Source: Candidatus Hydrothermarchaeum profundi (GTDB lineage: Archaea; Hydrothermarchaeota; Hydrothermarchaeia; Hydrothermarchaeales; Hydrothermarchaeaceae). Taken from it: DNA of 64,000 nt. The notes under the pieces are model-generated. The model had not been told where the DNA came from. It did not search any database and saw nothing but the letters and a program-made list of their open reading frames with translations. The DNA lies in NCBI GenBank assembly GCA_002011125.2, contig MTMF02000009.1, positions 1,416,989-1,480,988 of the forward strand. The letters are read 5' to 3'. The position numbers were made by a program, and so were the translations under genes. This document shows positions 53,387-63,251 of the stretch, one piece after another (position 1 is the first letter of the stretch; every line of letters begins with the position of its first letter).

Positions 53387-54498
53387 TATCCTCGGTTTTC
53401 CCTTATCCTAAGAAAGGAGTTTTTGTTGGGATCGAGAGATTCGTATCAGAGTATTCTGCTGTTTTAGCAAAGAAAGGCCATAAGGTAAAGGTAATAACGA
53501 CTTACTGGAATGGAGGAAAAGCGAGGGATGAATATAATGGGATCGATATCTATAGAGTGAGAGATTCTAGCATCTCGTATGGTAAAATTGGAAGAGTATT
53601 TGATCTACACTACACGACCTTTGGAAGAAATGTTTTAAAGTGCAGAGAAATTTGGAATTCTGATATTATACATGCAATCTCTACATTAGTTACAACAAAA
53701 AAAATTAAAGAACGAGGAGTACCTGTGGTGAGTCACTTCCACCATAAAGCAGAAATGAGAGAGCTTTCTGACTATTTAGTTGTACCCTTTCATATAAGAA
53801 ATGAGAAGATAGCTTATTCCCATTCTGATGCTATTATTACTATGTCACGAGCCAATGAACGAGTACTAATAAGTGACTACGGAGTTGATAAGAGTAAGGT
53901 AAAAATAATACCACATGGCGTGGATATCAACAAATATTACAAGAAAACAATTGAAAAAGAGAATTTTATAATCCTTTTTGCTGGAGCATTAATACCCCGA
54001 AAGGGAGTTCGATACCTTATAGAGGCTTTTGGTAAAGTTAGCCTGAAGCATAAAAAAACAAAGTTAATAATTATTGGTGAGGGTTCTGAGAAAAAAAAGT
54101 TAAAATCATTATCAGAAAAATTAAATTTAAACGTAGAATTCACCGGGCTAATCGAAGACAATGAGCTTTTGAAGTATCTTAATATCGCTGATGTTTTCGT
54201 TCTTCCTTCGCTTAAAGAGGGCTTTGGTCAAGCTATAGTTGAGGCAATGGCATGCAGCCTTCCAGTGATAGCGAGTAATACAACTGCTATCCCAGAAGTT
54301 GTAGGCGATGCAGGGATATTAGTTAGACCGAAGGACTCTAGGGCGCTTGCTGATGCTATTATTTATCTGATCGAAGATGAAAAATTTAGAAAAGAACTTG
54401 GCATTAAGGGGCGTAGGAGAGTAGAAAAATATTTCAGCTGGGAGAAGGTTGTCGAGAAGGCAATAAATATCTACGAAGAAATAGTAGAGAAAGATTAA
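53371..54498 (+). CDS. GT4 glycosyltransferase
   Basis: IPHGVD, PRKG, EGFGQAIVEAMAC. Confidence 0.92.
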   Translation: MEISLVSSVFPYPKKGVFVGIERFVSEYSAVLAKKGHKVKVITTYWNGGKARDEYNGIDIYRVRDSSISYGKIGRVFDLHYTTFGRNVLKCREIWNSDIIHAISTLVTTKKIKERGVPVVSHFHHKAEMRELSDYLVVPFHIRNEKIAYSHSDAIITMSRANERVLISDYGVDKSKVKIIPHGVDINKYYKKTIEKENFIILFAGALIPRKGVRYLIEAFGKVSLKHKKTKLIIIGEGSEKKKLKSLSEKLNLNVEFTGLIEDNELLKYLNIADVFVLPSLKEGFGQAIVEAMACSLPVIASNTTAIPEVVGDAGILVRPKDSRALADAIIYLIEDEKFRKELGIKGRRRVEKYFSWEKVVEKAINIYEEIVEKD

Positions 54499-54513
54499 AC
54501 AAAAGCTAGTCAA

Positions 54514-55668
54514 TTATTTTTCTTCTAACAATTTATCATACAGTTCGATATATCGTTCTATAATTATTTCCCAACTGTAATTTTCAGCTATTTTTCGAGC
54601 ATTTTCACCAAAGTCCTTTATCTTTTTTTCGTCATTTAACAATGAAATAAGCTTATCTGAAAGTTCTTTTGGATTGAAACCTACGAGGTAGCCTGCGGTA
54701 CTATCTTCAATAATATCTCTTGCGACTCCTACAGGAGTTGAAATTATTGGAAGCCTAGAAGCGGCAGCTTCTAAGATGGTTTGACCGAAATTCTCATATT
54801 TAGAGGTGTAGACAAACACATGTGAAGACTTATAAACTTTAATCAAATCTTCTCCATAAATAGGGCCAACAAATTTCACATAATCGTGGATGTGTAGGTC
54901 GTTAGCTAGATTTTTAAGTTCTAACATATACCCCCTATAACTTGCGAAACTCCTCTTAACTTCGTCTCCAATAATAACCAATTCAGAGTCCTTTACCTCT
55001 TTTACTACTTCTTTGAACGCATAAAGGATCTGTTCAAGATTTCTGTCTCGGGATATTCGTCCTACAAATAGAATCCTCTTATTAGGACTCTTTTTACACG
55101 GGACTTTATCGTATAATCCTAGGTTAATTCCGGCAGGTATAACGGATATTTTACTCTCTTCTACCCCAAATTCAACCGCTTCTCTATACTCTTGTATAGT
55201 TGATACAATCACAGTATCCGCCTTTCTAGCTACCGATTTTAGGGTGACTAAATCATGAACTCTATAAGGAATTCCAAAAAACCCGCTTACAAACTTCTTA
55301 TACCCCACTAGTCCACCGTGAGGTTGTAATATGAATGGCTTTGATTTTATCCTGGAAGTTATGAACCCACAATCTGTAAGCATATTCCGATAATTATGCG
55401 CATGCAGGATATCAAAATCCTCTTTTAAAAGCCTCGTAAAAATACTTGGAACGATTCGATACTGCATGACTCCACCAAAACTCCGAAGTCTTGAAATAGA
55501 GACCCCCTGTACGATTTCGTTTTTAGGTATAGATCTCACTTCAAAATCAGATGTAACTACAGGTGAAGAGACACCTCTTTTTTCTAGTTGAAGAGATACT
55601 TCAAAAGCTTGTTTACCTGGGCCCGTTACTACCGGAAAAAACATGGGAATAGTTCTAAGAACTTTCAA
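54514..55668 (-). CDS. GT4 glycosyltransferase
   Basis: PHG, FVGRI, ENFGQTILEAAA. Confidence 0.92.
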   Translation of the reverse strand: MKVLRTIPMFFPVVTGPGKQAFEVSLQLEKRGVSSPVVTSDFEVRSIPKNEIVQGVSISRLRSFGGVMQYRIVPSIFTRLLKEDFDILHAHNYRNMLTDCGFITSRIKSKPFILQPHGGLVGYKKFVSGFFGIPYRVHDLVTLKSVARKADTVIVSTIQEYREAVEFGVEESKISVIPAGINLGLYDKVPCKKSPNKRILFVGRISRDRNLEQILYAFKEVVKEVKDSELVIIGDEVKRSFASYRGYMLELKNLANDLHIHDYVKFVGPIYGEDLIKVYKSSHVFVYTSKYENFGQTILEAAASRLPIISTPVGVARDIIEDSTAGYLVGFNPKELSDKLISLLNDEKKIKDFGENARKIAENYSWEIIIERYIELYDKLLEEK

Positions 55669-55678
55669 TGAAATACAC

Positions 55679-56458
55679 CTATTTATTTGCTTTAACTACT
55701 AAAAATCTCCCAAATTTTTGTACCGGATGTCTCCTACTCATTCTTGGAAATATTCTTGATAAAGGATATAAGCTATCAAACATCTGTATTCTTATATTTT
55801 TAAATCTCGCATTTCTAAACGTATTTTCTGCTTCACTACGGGTAAAGTACTTTATTAAAGGATGTTCCCACATTTCTTTAAAGGCAGAGATTTCTGCGGG
55901 AGTAGCTCTCCTTCTTACTATGGATTCAAAAACTCTAAGTAATTTTTCTCCAAATATCCTATACAAAAACTTGTTTATTTTAGTTATAATAGTTGCCAAG
56001 CTATACTTATGATAAAGTAAGACTATCACTTTGCCATTGTTTTTAAGTACTCTATGTATCTCTTTAATTCCTTTATCATAGCCGGGAGTATGATGGAGAA
56101 CCCCTATACTGTAAACAAAGTCGAAAACTCCTTTCTTCAAAGGCATATTTTCAAGGTCACATCTTATTAACCGTGGCTGGAAACCCGCAGATTCCATTTT
56201 ACTTTTTAGTATTTTCAAGGGTTTCTCAGCTAGGTCAACTCCAACCACGTGGCTTCCATTTTCTATGTACTTTAGCAAATCTATTCCAATACCACATCCT
56301 ACATCGAGTAATAATTCATTTGCATGCTTATCATATTCAAATAAGTCATCTAACCAAGGCAGGAGAGTATATCTAGCATCGTCTTTCTCCCAGTCTCCAC
56401 CACAGGGGTGCAAGTCATAAAATTTTCGTATTTTACTCTTAAGAAACTCATTTGACAT
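55679..56458 (-). CDS. Class I SAM-dependent methyltransferase
   Basis: LLDVGCGIG, GVDL, FDFVYSIGVLHHTP. Confidence 0.9.
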   Translation of the reverse strand: MSNEFLKSKIRKFYDLHPCGGDWEKDDARYTLLPWLDDLFEYDKHANELLLDVGCGIGIDLLKYIENGSHVVGVDLAEKPLKILKSKMESAGFQPRLIRCDLENMPLKKGVFDFVYSIGVLHHTPGYDKGIKEIHRVLKNNGKVIVLLYHKYSLATIITKINKFLYRIFGEKLLRVFESIVRRRATPAEISAFKEMWEHPLIKYFTRSEAENTFRNARFKNIRIQMFDSLYPLSRIFPRMSRRHPVQKFGRFLVVKANK

Positions 56459-56530
56459 TTTCTAATCTGGTATAAAATAAGTGTGATTACTCTTTAAAAT
56501 AATACGCCTTATTTACGGGATAGCGATTAT

Positions 56531-57415
56531 CTAAATTTTTATTGAAGAAAGCCTTTCTTCTATAAGCTCCTTTTTTAAATTTTCACCTATAACTACGAAC
56601 TTAGATAAATCCGAACTTTCTAATTTTTCTATATCTAAACTTCTTGGAACATAATTGAAATTTATTACTCCATCGTCTGTTTTAATAATGCCTTTAGCCC
56701 GAATTATATCTCCAAATTCGCCAGAATCCAAGGTTGATAGAAATTTTTTTAATTTTGTATTATCAAATTTATTTTCTGTTTCGAACGAGAAAGAATCTAA
56801 GTGAATGTCAAAATAATAGGGTTTAACATCTCGTTCCCTTTTACCCTCTAGTAGTGGAGTCTTACAATATACTGTCCTAAAGATTACCGCCGATCTATTA
56901 AGATCCTTAATGATATCTTCAATTTCATCAATGATTTCCTTTGAAACTAAATCGCACTTATTTATTAATAAGATATCAGAGTTGGTTATCTGATCCAAAA
57001 AGAAATTACCTAAATTCCCTGATTTATAATAGTTAAGGAAAGTAGTTGCATCTATTACTCCGATAACAGGTTCAATTTCCAAAGAATCATAAATCTTAGA
57101 TATTTTAAGGGACTCAAGGATATTGGAAGGTGTTGCAATACCTGAAGGCTCAATAATAAGCCTAGCTGGATTAATTTCTTTCAATATTTCTTCTACAGTC
57201 CTTATTAAGTCTGCTCTCAATGCACAGCAGATACACCCACTTGGAAGTTCCATAACTTCAAGTGCACCGTACTTAGTAATCACAGCGCCATCGATCGCGA
57301 CATCTCCCATCTCATTTATAAGTACAACTGTCTTTTCTTTAGATTCTTCAAGTATATTTCTCAAAAGTGTTGTTTTTCCAGCTCCGAGGAATCCGCAAAT
57401 TATCTTAATTTTCAT
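56531..57415 (-). CDS. CobW/COG0523 family P-loop GTPase (metallochaperone)
   Basis: GFLGAGKTT, NEMGD, GCICC, IEPSG, NKCD, RAKG. Confidence 0.93.
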   Translation of the reverse strand: MKIKIICGFLGAGKTTLLRNILEESKEKTVVLINEMGDVAIDGAVITKYGALEVMELPSGCICCALRADLIRTVEEILKEINPARLIIEPSGIATPSNILESLKISKIYDSLEIEPVIGVIDATTFLNYYKSGNLGNFFLDQITNSDILLINKCDLVSKEIIDEIEDIIKDLNRSAVIFRTVYCKTPLLEGKRERDVKPYYFDIHLDSFSFETENKFDNTKLKKFLSTLDSGEFGDIIRAKGIIKTDDGVINFNYVPRSLDIEKLESSDLSKFVVIGENLKKELIEERLSSIKI

Positions 57416-57443
57416 AAGGACTTAGGTAGATTCTTAACTTCTT

Positions 57444-58472
57444 TCAGGTTTTATATTCATGCGCTGCATTGATGAATGCTTGGATGTTCTCTAGGGGCAC
57501 GCTTGGAGGGATATCGCAGCCAGGCATAAGCACATAGCCTCCTCCCTCTGCTCCATCCTTTATCGCTCTAAGTGAAGCCTCTTTTACTTCTTCAGGAGTC
57601 TTCTCGTTCATCACTCCCACGGGGTCTACGTTTCCAGCTATGCACATCTTCCCCTTGAAAAGCTCTTTGGCAGCCTTAAGGTCCACCTTATAGTCAAGAG
57701 TGAAACAAGTTGCACCGCATTCCAAGATCGAGGCGAGCTTATCAGTCGTGTCACCGCAGATATGCACCAAGCTATATACCCCCTTCTTCTTAAACTCCCT
57801 GTTTATCCTTCTAAGGTAAGGCAGGGCAAACTCGTCGAAATGCTTCTTAGATATCAGGTCACCCGAGGCAGTAGGGTCCGCGATGCTTACAACCTCTATG
57901 ACGCTCTCCTCGATAAGCGGCCGATAAAACTCGAGGTTAAGCCGTGCCGCGAAGTCGACGACCTTTTTAACGAAGCCGGGGTCCCTGAAGATGCTGATCA
58001 TCAGGTTCTCAACGCCCATTATCTGCGCGCCCAACGTGAAAGGCCCCCAGCAGGTAGCTGTCACCAGGTACTCGCCGCCTATCTCTTCAGAAACGATCCT
58101 GGTCGCGTCCCATATAGTGTTCACTATCTTGTCCCCCGCTAGGTCTTCTAGATCTAACTTATCAAGTTCCTTTAGACTGTTTACTAAAGGTGCTGCCAGA
58201 TCCGGGGGGCCAACCTTCCTAAACTTCATTTCTCCCCCAAGAGCGGCGGCATGAAAGTTGTTATAGCCTGAACCGCAGTATACGATATCGCTCCTCAGCT
58301 TACTGCTCATCGAGATCAACACGTCAGCCATTTTTTGCGGACTCTCAGCAAGCGTCAAAAAAGTGTTATCCGAGTTGAATATAGTCCACGCCCCGCCTCC
58401 AAAGAGAGCCACCGGTATCCTATCAGGCACGCCTAACCGGAAAGCTTCTAAAACCGCATCCCTTGGCTTCAT
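57444..58472 (-). CDS. MtaA/CmuA (uroporphyrinogen decarboxylase fold) methylcobamide methyltransferase family protein
   Basis: PDRIPV, GPFTL, ADPTAS, HICG, GNVDP, PGCDIP (His/Cys/Cys Zn ligands). Confidence 0.87.
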   Translation of the reverse strand: MKPRDAVLEAFRLGVPDRIPVALFGGGAWTIFNSDNTFLTLAESPQKMADVLISMSSKLRSDIVYCGSGYNNFHAAALGGEMKFRKVGPPDLAAPLVNSLKELDKLDLEDLAGDKIVNTIWDATRIVSEEIGGEYLVTATCWGPFTLGAQIMGVENLMISIFRDPGFVKKVVDFAARLNLEFYRPLIEESVIEVVSIADPTASGDLISKKHFDEFALPYLRRINREFKKKGVYSLVHICGDTTDKLASILECGATCFTLDYKVDLKAAKELFKGKMCIAGNVDPVGVMNEKTPEEVKEASLRAIKDGAEGGGYVLMPGCDIPPSVPLENIQAFINAAHEYKT

Positions 58473-58602
58473 ACTATAACACTAATCCAATTATTATTTA
58501 AGACTTTTTAAAAATAGGAACATAACTTTTAAATAAAAACATGTGCCTATAGAAGTTAGGGCTTTAAGCTCTGGTGTTGTGTTTTTTAGGAGGTGAGTTG
58601 TT

Positions 58603-59049
58603 TTGGCTGAGGCTAAGGAGTTGTCTGCGGAGGAGGCCGACAGGTATATGGAGGAGGTCATGGGCTTTACGCCCAGGATGTTTAAGGTGATTAACACGGT
58701 TAACCCTGAGGCTGGTAAGACCTTCGCGGACTTCTATAACAGTATATGGAAGGACGCCGCTCTTTCTAAGAAGGTTAAGGAGCTTATCTTCACCGCCATA
58801 GGCGTCGCCAACATGTCCCCTAGGTGCCTTATACACGTTATACCCGCGTTAAAGGCAGGGGCTACGACGGCAGAGATATTTGAGGCGGTATCGGTCGGCG
58901 TTATAGCCGCTGGCTTCGTGCCCAACGGCAAGGGCATACCCTACGCCTTCGAATACGCTGCCAAGGTACTAGAGATAGCAGACAAATACAGCAAAGGCGA
59001 AGAATGGGAATACCTGCTGCCGCCAAAATTCGACCACGGCATATACTGA
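58603..59049 (+). CDS. Carboxymuconolactone decarboxylase / AhpD family protein
   Basis: ALSKKVKELIFTAI, RCLIH, ALKAGATTAEIFEA; strong AGGAGGTGA SD, TTG start. Confidence 0.87.
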   Translation: MAEAKELSAEEADRYMEEVMGFTPRMFKVINTVNPEAGKTFADFYNSIWKDAALSKKVKELIFTAIGVANMSPRCLIHVIPALKAGATTAEIFEAVSVGVIAAGFVPNGKGIPYAFEYAAKVLEIADKYSKGEEWEYLLPPKFDHGIY

Positions 59050-59078
59050 GGAGGGGACACCCTCCTTCTTATTTTTCT
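59049..59078 (+). terminator. Hairpin plus T-rich tail after the CMD gene
   Basis: AGGAGGG-GACA-CCCTCCT followed by TCTTATTTTTCT at a convergent junction. Confidence 0.5.
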
Positions 59079-59380
59079 ATAGTCATTGTTACGTCTTTAG
59101 GTAGAGCAAATCCCATCTCGACTTCAATTGCTTTCAAAATAGCTGCGGGTACGGGACAGGCCGGATGTTTTATATGTTTCGAGGCTATCTTGTAAATTTC
59201 AGAATCATTAATTCTCAAAAAAACATTATCGCCGCTTACTTCGTCAAGCTCCTTAGCAAGATTTTTGATCATTTCACAAGGGCTTGCGATTTTAAGCTTT
59301 AATTTATTTTTATCATTTTTTTCTGCTTTTATTACTACTGTAAAACCACAAGCGCCTGCTGAAACTTTTACTTTCGACAT
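59069..59380 (-). CDS. Conserved Cys-containing hypothetical protein (DUF6951-like)
   Basis: GACGF, SPCE, HPACPVP, LPKDV. Confidence 0.65.
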   Translation of the reverse strand: MSKVKVSAGACGFTVVIKAEKNDKNKLKLKIASPCEMIKNLAKELDEVSGDNVFLRINDSEIYKIASKHIKHPACPVPAAILKAIEVEMGFALPKDVTMTIEK

Positions 59381-59450
59381 CTTAGACTAAAATCACAAGG
59401 TAACAACCGCAATAATATTTGTTCTTATGTGTTCATCAAAATTAAACATA

Positions 59451-60641
59451 TTATTTTTTCTTTTTATGTACTAGGAGATCTATTCCTAAATCTTTGGGGG
59501 AGGATCCTCTTTTTTTTGCTAAATACATCATCTTAGATGCTTTAGAAAGTTCTGTAATACAGCCTTTTGTTTTATGGCTAGCTTCAGTAGTAAAAACTAA
59601 ATCAGCACCACATTCGCTAGCTATTCCACATAAAACTGCGTTTATTCCAATAGAATCAGCATCAATAAGTTCTGTAACATTTCCAATCCCCATTAACATT
59701 GGAATATTATGATAAAGACGACCAAATTTTCTATAAGCTATTATAGAGTCTGACAATCCAAAATTAATTGGCTTCAGTATAGGATCAGCAATTACTTTTT
59801 GAAAGTTTCTTTCTTTAGCTAATTTAATATTATTCTCTAGAAATTTAATCCTTTCATCCGGATTATCTGGTATCACTCCCTTTTTCATAGGAAGAATGAC
59901 AGCAGCCTGTTCTACTCTTTTAAAATTTTTTATCATACTCTCATCAAAGCTGAGAATTAGATCTATACCTTCTTCAATAGCGCATTCTATATTTTTTTTG
60001 TTAAGAGTATCTATAGAGAGAGGTTTTCTTAATTTTTTAAGTTCTGGGACAACTTCTCTAATTTTGTCTTCATCTTCTTTATTTAAACCTAAATCTATAA
60101 TATCCGCTCCAGATCTAATATAATACTTCGCAATTTTTATTATCTCGTCTAAGTTTTTACTACTAATATCCACAATTTCAGCGACTATTCTAATTGGGAA
60201 ATCTTTACCGACGGGTAATTCTCCAATTAGAATGTTTCTTGAAGTTTTTAGTGTTTCTCTTATGTAATCAGGGGACTTGAGTTTTTCAAATTCTTCTAAG
60301 GCTTTTTTCTTTTTATAATCTACTAAAAACTCGTCAGCTGGAATATCCTTTGAAAGAGGGATCTTTTCGATATTTTCTAAGAGTATGTCGAGGTCTGCAA
60401 TATCCTTTGGGCCTCTATATGTTTTTATACCTAGAGTATTCTCTATCTCGCTTAGATCTGCATCTACAAGCCCAGGTAGAATCAGGATATCGTAGTTTTT
60501 CTTTACACTTTTTTTAATGAGTTCTGGGGTAAGAAACGTAGCCACTTCGAGAGGAGGTATATACACATCGCATCCGTATCTTCTAGCTATATCTTTAACA
60601 TAATTTTCAGTAGATTTGGCACTTATGAGGAGTACTTTGAT
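59451..60641 (-). CDS. Archaeal dihydropteroate synthase-like (pterin-binding) protein
   Basis: VATFLTP, GPKDIADL, GADIIDLG, SIDT, ADPIL, GNVTELIDADS.G.NA, PKDLGIDLL; the conserved N-terminus (ATC)KVLLIS lies upstream of the listed start 60566. Confidence 0.85.
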   Translation of the reverse strand: MKVLLISAKSTENYVKDIARRYGCDVYIPPLEVATFLTPELIKKSVKKNYDILILPGLVDADLSEIENTLGIKTYRGPKDIADLDILLENIEKIPLSKDIPADEFLVDYKKKKALEEFEKLKSPDYIRETLKTSRNILIGELPVGKDFPIRIVAEIVDISSKNLDEIIKIAKYYIRSGADIIDLGLNKEDEDKIREVVPELKKLRKPLSIDTLNKKNIECAIEEGIDLILSFDESMIKNFKRVEQAAVILPMKKGVIPDNPDERIKFLENNIKLAKERNFQKVIADPILKPINFGLSDSIIAYRKFGRLYHNIPMLMGIGNVTELIDADSIGINAVLCGIASECGADLVFTTEASHKTKGCITELSKASKMMYLAKKRGSSPKDLGIDLLVHKKKK

Positions 60642-60692
60642 CTTACCACCTCGAAAATCTATATTAATAGGTCTAACCTTTCATAGATAAAT

Positions 60693-61280
60693 ATGTTGAG
60701 TTCTAGATTTAGAAATTATATAGAGTACTTTATTATTCCTGTCGCAAAGCTAATAGCTAAATCGCGTGTAAGCCCAAATAGTCTTACTACAATAGGATTT
60801 ATTGTAAGCATATTTGTTGCGGTCGCTTTTTTCTATAATAACTTAACTGCGGCTTTTTTATTTCTTCTATTAACATCTTTTTTTGATTTACTCGATGGGG
60901 CAGTTGCAAGAGTTACTGGAGGCGTAACCAAGTTTGGAGGTTTTTTGGATTCAACGCTCGATAGGTATTCTGATTCAGCGATATTGATAGGGATCGCATT
61001 TTTCTTAAAGAATTTCTACTTTTTGATATTCATAGTTTTAATAGGCACTTTCCTTGTGAGTTATAGTAGAGCTAAGGCGGAAGTGTTTATTAATAAATGT
61101 GATATAGGATTTGCGGAGAGAGCTGAGAGATTATTACTGGTAACGTTTGTTACATTTCTTTCTGCGTACAAAATTGTTGAACCAAAAGAGGCTTTTTTTG
61201 TTGTTCTAATATTTCTAGCTGTTATAACCCATTTAACCGTTTTTCAGAGAATACATTATACATACAAACTATTGAGATAG
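60693..61280 (+). CDS. CDP-alcohol phosphatidyltransferase, probably archaetidylinositol phosphate synthase
   Basis: SPNSLT, DLLDGAVAR..FGGFLDSTLDRYSD, SYSRAKAE, ERAER; near ino1. Confidence 0.88.
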   Translation: MLSSRFRNYIEYFIIPVAKLIAKSRVSPNSLTTIGFIVSIFVAVAFFYNNLTAAFLFLLLTSFFDLLDGAVARVTGGVTKFGGFLDSTLDRYSDSAILIGIAFFLKNFYFLIFIVLIGTFLVSYSRAKAEVFINKCDIGFAERAERLLLVTFVTFLSAYKIVEPKEAFFVVLIFLAVITHLTVFQRIHYTYKLLR

Positions 61281-61571
61281 TTTTTCCACCATCTTATTCA
61301 GATATTTTACTCCCTCTTCAAGAAGATTTTTACCTTTTTCGGTAATGTAGTAATACTTCTTATTTTCTTTTTTTTCTCTTCTTACATAACCAGAAGTTTC
61401 AAGCCGGTATAATACTACATAGGGTGTAATTAATGCTGGTTCAAAATCAAATTTCTTTTTCAATTCTTTTTTTATTTCATACGCGTACATCTCTTTATCC
61501 GCTAGAAGTTTCAATATGTATATCCACAATATTTCTTTCGTAGTTTTTACCTTAAGTCTCTCCAGAGGCAT
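61269..61571 (-). CDS. PadR family transcriptional regulator
   Basis: ILKLL..MYAYEI, YVVLYRLE.SGYV, KKYYYITEKG. Confidence 0.9.
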   Translation of the reverse strand: MPLERLKVKTTKEILWIYILKLLADKEMYAYEIKKELKKKFDFEPALITPYVVLYRLETSGYVRREKKENKKYYYITEKGKNLLEEGVKYLNKMVEKLSQ

Positions 61572-61576
61572 ATCTT

Positions 61577-61626
61577 TATTTTATCACCATAAAATATTTA
61601 AAAGAGTATTTTATACCCATAAAATA
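61577..61626. promoter_or_regulatory. Two palindromic operator candidates TATTTTAT-N4-ATAAAATA flanking a TTTAAA box
   Basis: Copies at 61577-61596 and 61607-61626, 30 bp apart, in the padR/ino1 divergent promoter. Confidence 0.8.
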
Positions 61627-61637
61627 GGTGGTCTCAT

Positions 61638-62720
61638 ATGGGGAAAAAAAAGGTAAGAGTAGGAATCATCGGGATAGGAAACTGTGCGTCTGCACTTGTT
61701 CAAGGAGTTGAATTTTATAAAAACACTTCTGATGACGAGTTTATTCCGGGATTGATGCATCCAAAATTGGGCGAATATCATGTAGGGGATATAGAATTCT
61801 CTGCAGCTTTTGATATAGATAAAAATAAGGTTGGCAAGGATTTAAGCGAGGCTATTTTTACTAAACCAAATAATACATATAAATTTTCTGATGTTCCAAG
61901 ATTGGATGTTCCAGTTCAACGCGGCATGACACACGACGGTTTAGGAAAATACCTATCGGGAGTAATAGAGAAACATCCTTCGCCTACGGTTGATGTAGTT
62001 GATGTACTGAGAGAAACTAGAACCGATGTAGTAGTAAATTTTCTGCCCGTGGGAAGCGAATTCGCAACGAAATGGTATGTTGAGATGGCATTAGAAGCAG
62101 GATGCGGTTTTGTTAATTGTATACCCGTCTTTATTGCAAAAGAAAAGAGATGGCAAGAACTCTTTGAAAAAAAGGGTCTACCAATAATAGGAGACGATAT
62201 TAAAAGTCAAGTTGGAGCTACCATTGTTCATAGAGTGCTTGTAAATCTTTTCAGCAGTCGAGGAGTAAAACTCTTAAGAACATCTCAGTTAAATGTTGGA
62301 GGAAATACAGATTTTTTAAACATGCTTGAAAGAGAACGATTAGAGTCTAAAAAGATATCAAAAACTACTGCGGTTTCTTCTCAATTGCCCTACACTATTG
62401 CAGAAACAGATATACATATTGGGCCTAGTGATTATATCCCTTGGTTGTTAGATAGGAAGTGGGCATATATCAGATTAGAAGGAAGTAGCTTCGGTAATGT
62501 CCCTTTGAATATAGAATTAAAGTTAGAGGTCTGGGATTCTCCAAACTCGGCAGGCGTAGTAATAGATGCTATAAGATGCACAAAAATTGCAATCGATCGT
62601 GGTATAAAAGGGGTTTTAAAAGGCCCCTCTGCATATTTTATGAAATCCCCGCCTGAACAGTTCTCTGATGATACTGCACGCGAGATGGTCGAAGATTTTA
62701 TTAAAAATAAAAAAAATTAA
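61638..62720 (+). CDS. ino1: myo-Inositol-1-phosphate synthase
   Basis: [56 protein letters not shown]. Confidence 0.96.
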   Translation: MGKKKVRVGIIGIGNCASALVQGVEFYKNTSDDEFIPGLMHPKLGEYHVGDIEFSAAFDIDKNKVGKDLSEAIFTKPNNTYKFSDVPRLDVPVQRGMTHDGLGKYLSGVIEKHPSPTVDVVDVLRETRTDVVVNFLPVGSEFATKWYVEMALEAGCGFVNCIPVFIAKEKRWQELFEKKGLPIIGDDIKSQVGATIVHRVLVNLFSSRGVKLLRTSQLNVGGNTDFLNMLERERLESKKISKTTAVSSQLPYTIAETDIHIGPSDYIPWLLDRKWAYIRLEGSSFGNVPLNIELKLEVWDSPNSAGVVIDAIRCTKIAIDRGIKGVLKGPSAYFMKSPPEQFSDDTAREMVEDFIKNKKN

Positions 62721-62905
62721 GTTTCATAATGGTGTACTGTATTTACATCATGCTTACTAGAATTACATTTTAATAATCCTTGATTTTCTAGGTACTCTAT
62801 AGCTTTTAAAACCTTTTTGGGACTCACTAATATTTCAGACGCGATATCAGTAGCGCTACGTGGTCCTCTTTTAAGTAATCTTAATACTTTTTCTTCAACT
62901 CTCAT
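62717..62905 (-). CDS. Small winged-HTH protein
   Basis: [32 protein letters not shown]. Confidence 0.7.
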   Translation of the reverse strand: MRVEEKVLRLLKRGPRSATDIASEILVSPKKVLKAIEYLENQGLLKCNSSKHDVNTVHHYET

Positions 62906-62908
62906 TTT

Positions 62909-63130
62909 TTAGATGACAAAATAGTGATTGATTCCGTTGATCTCTTCTTTCTGAAGATGCTTGTGCAACATATTGTGGTAAATGAACATCTTTAGATGGG
63001 TATCCTTGACATTGTAGCCCTTCCTTTTGACCCTCTCTACAATCTGTTTTCCATTAAGTTTTTCTCCCTCATTGAAAACGCTTAATATTACCTTAGCTTT
63101 ATGGGCTGCGTTTCCAAACTTTTTTCCCAA
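62909..63130 (-). CDS. Small hypothetical protein (possible wHTH)
   Basis: GGGAGGTG SD plus TTG; L..KQIVERV..GY....L...INHY. Confidence 0.65.
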   Translation of the reverse strand: MGKKFGNAAHKAKVILSVFNEGEKLNGKQIVERVKRKGYNVKDTHLKMFIYHNMLHKHLQKEEINGINHYFVI

Positions 63131-63251
63131 TTTTTACACCTCCCTAATCTTTTTTTATTAAAATAGACAATTAAAGAGCGTATTAAATTCTTTTTAAATA
63201 AAATTACATTAAATTTTTTAAAATATAACAAATTATTGGACATTTTTATTT

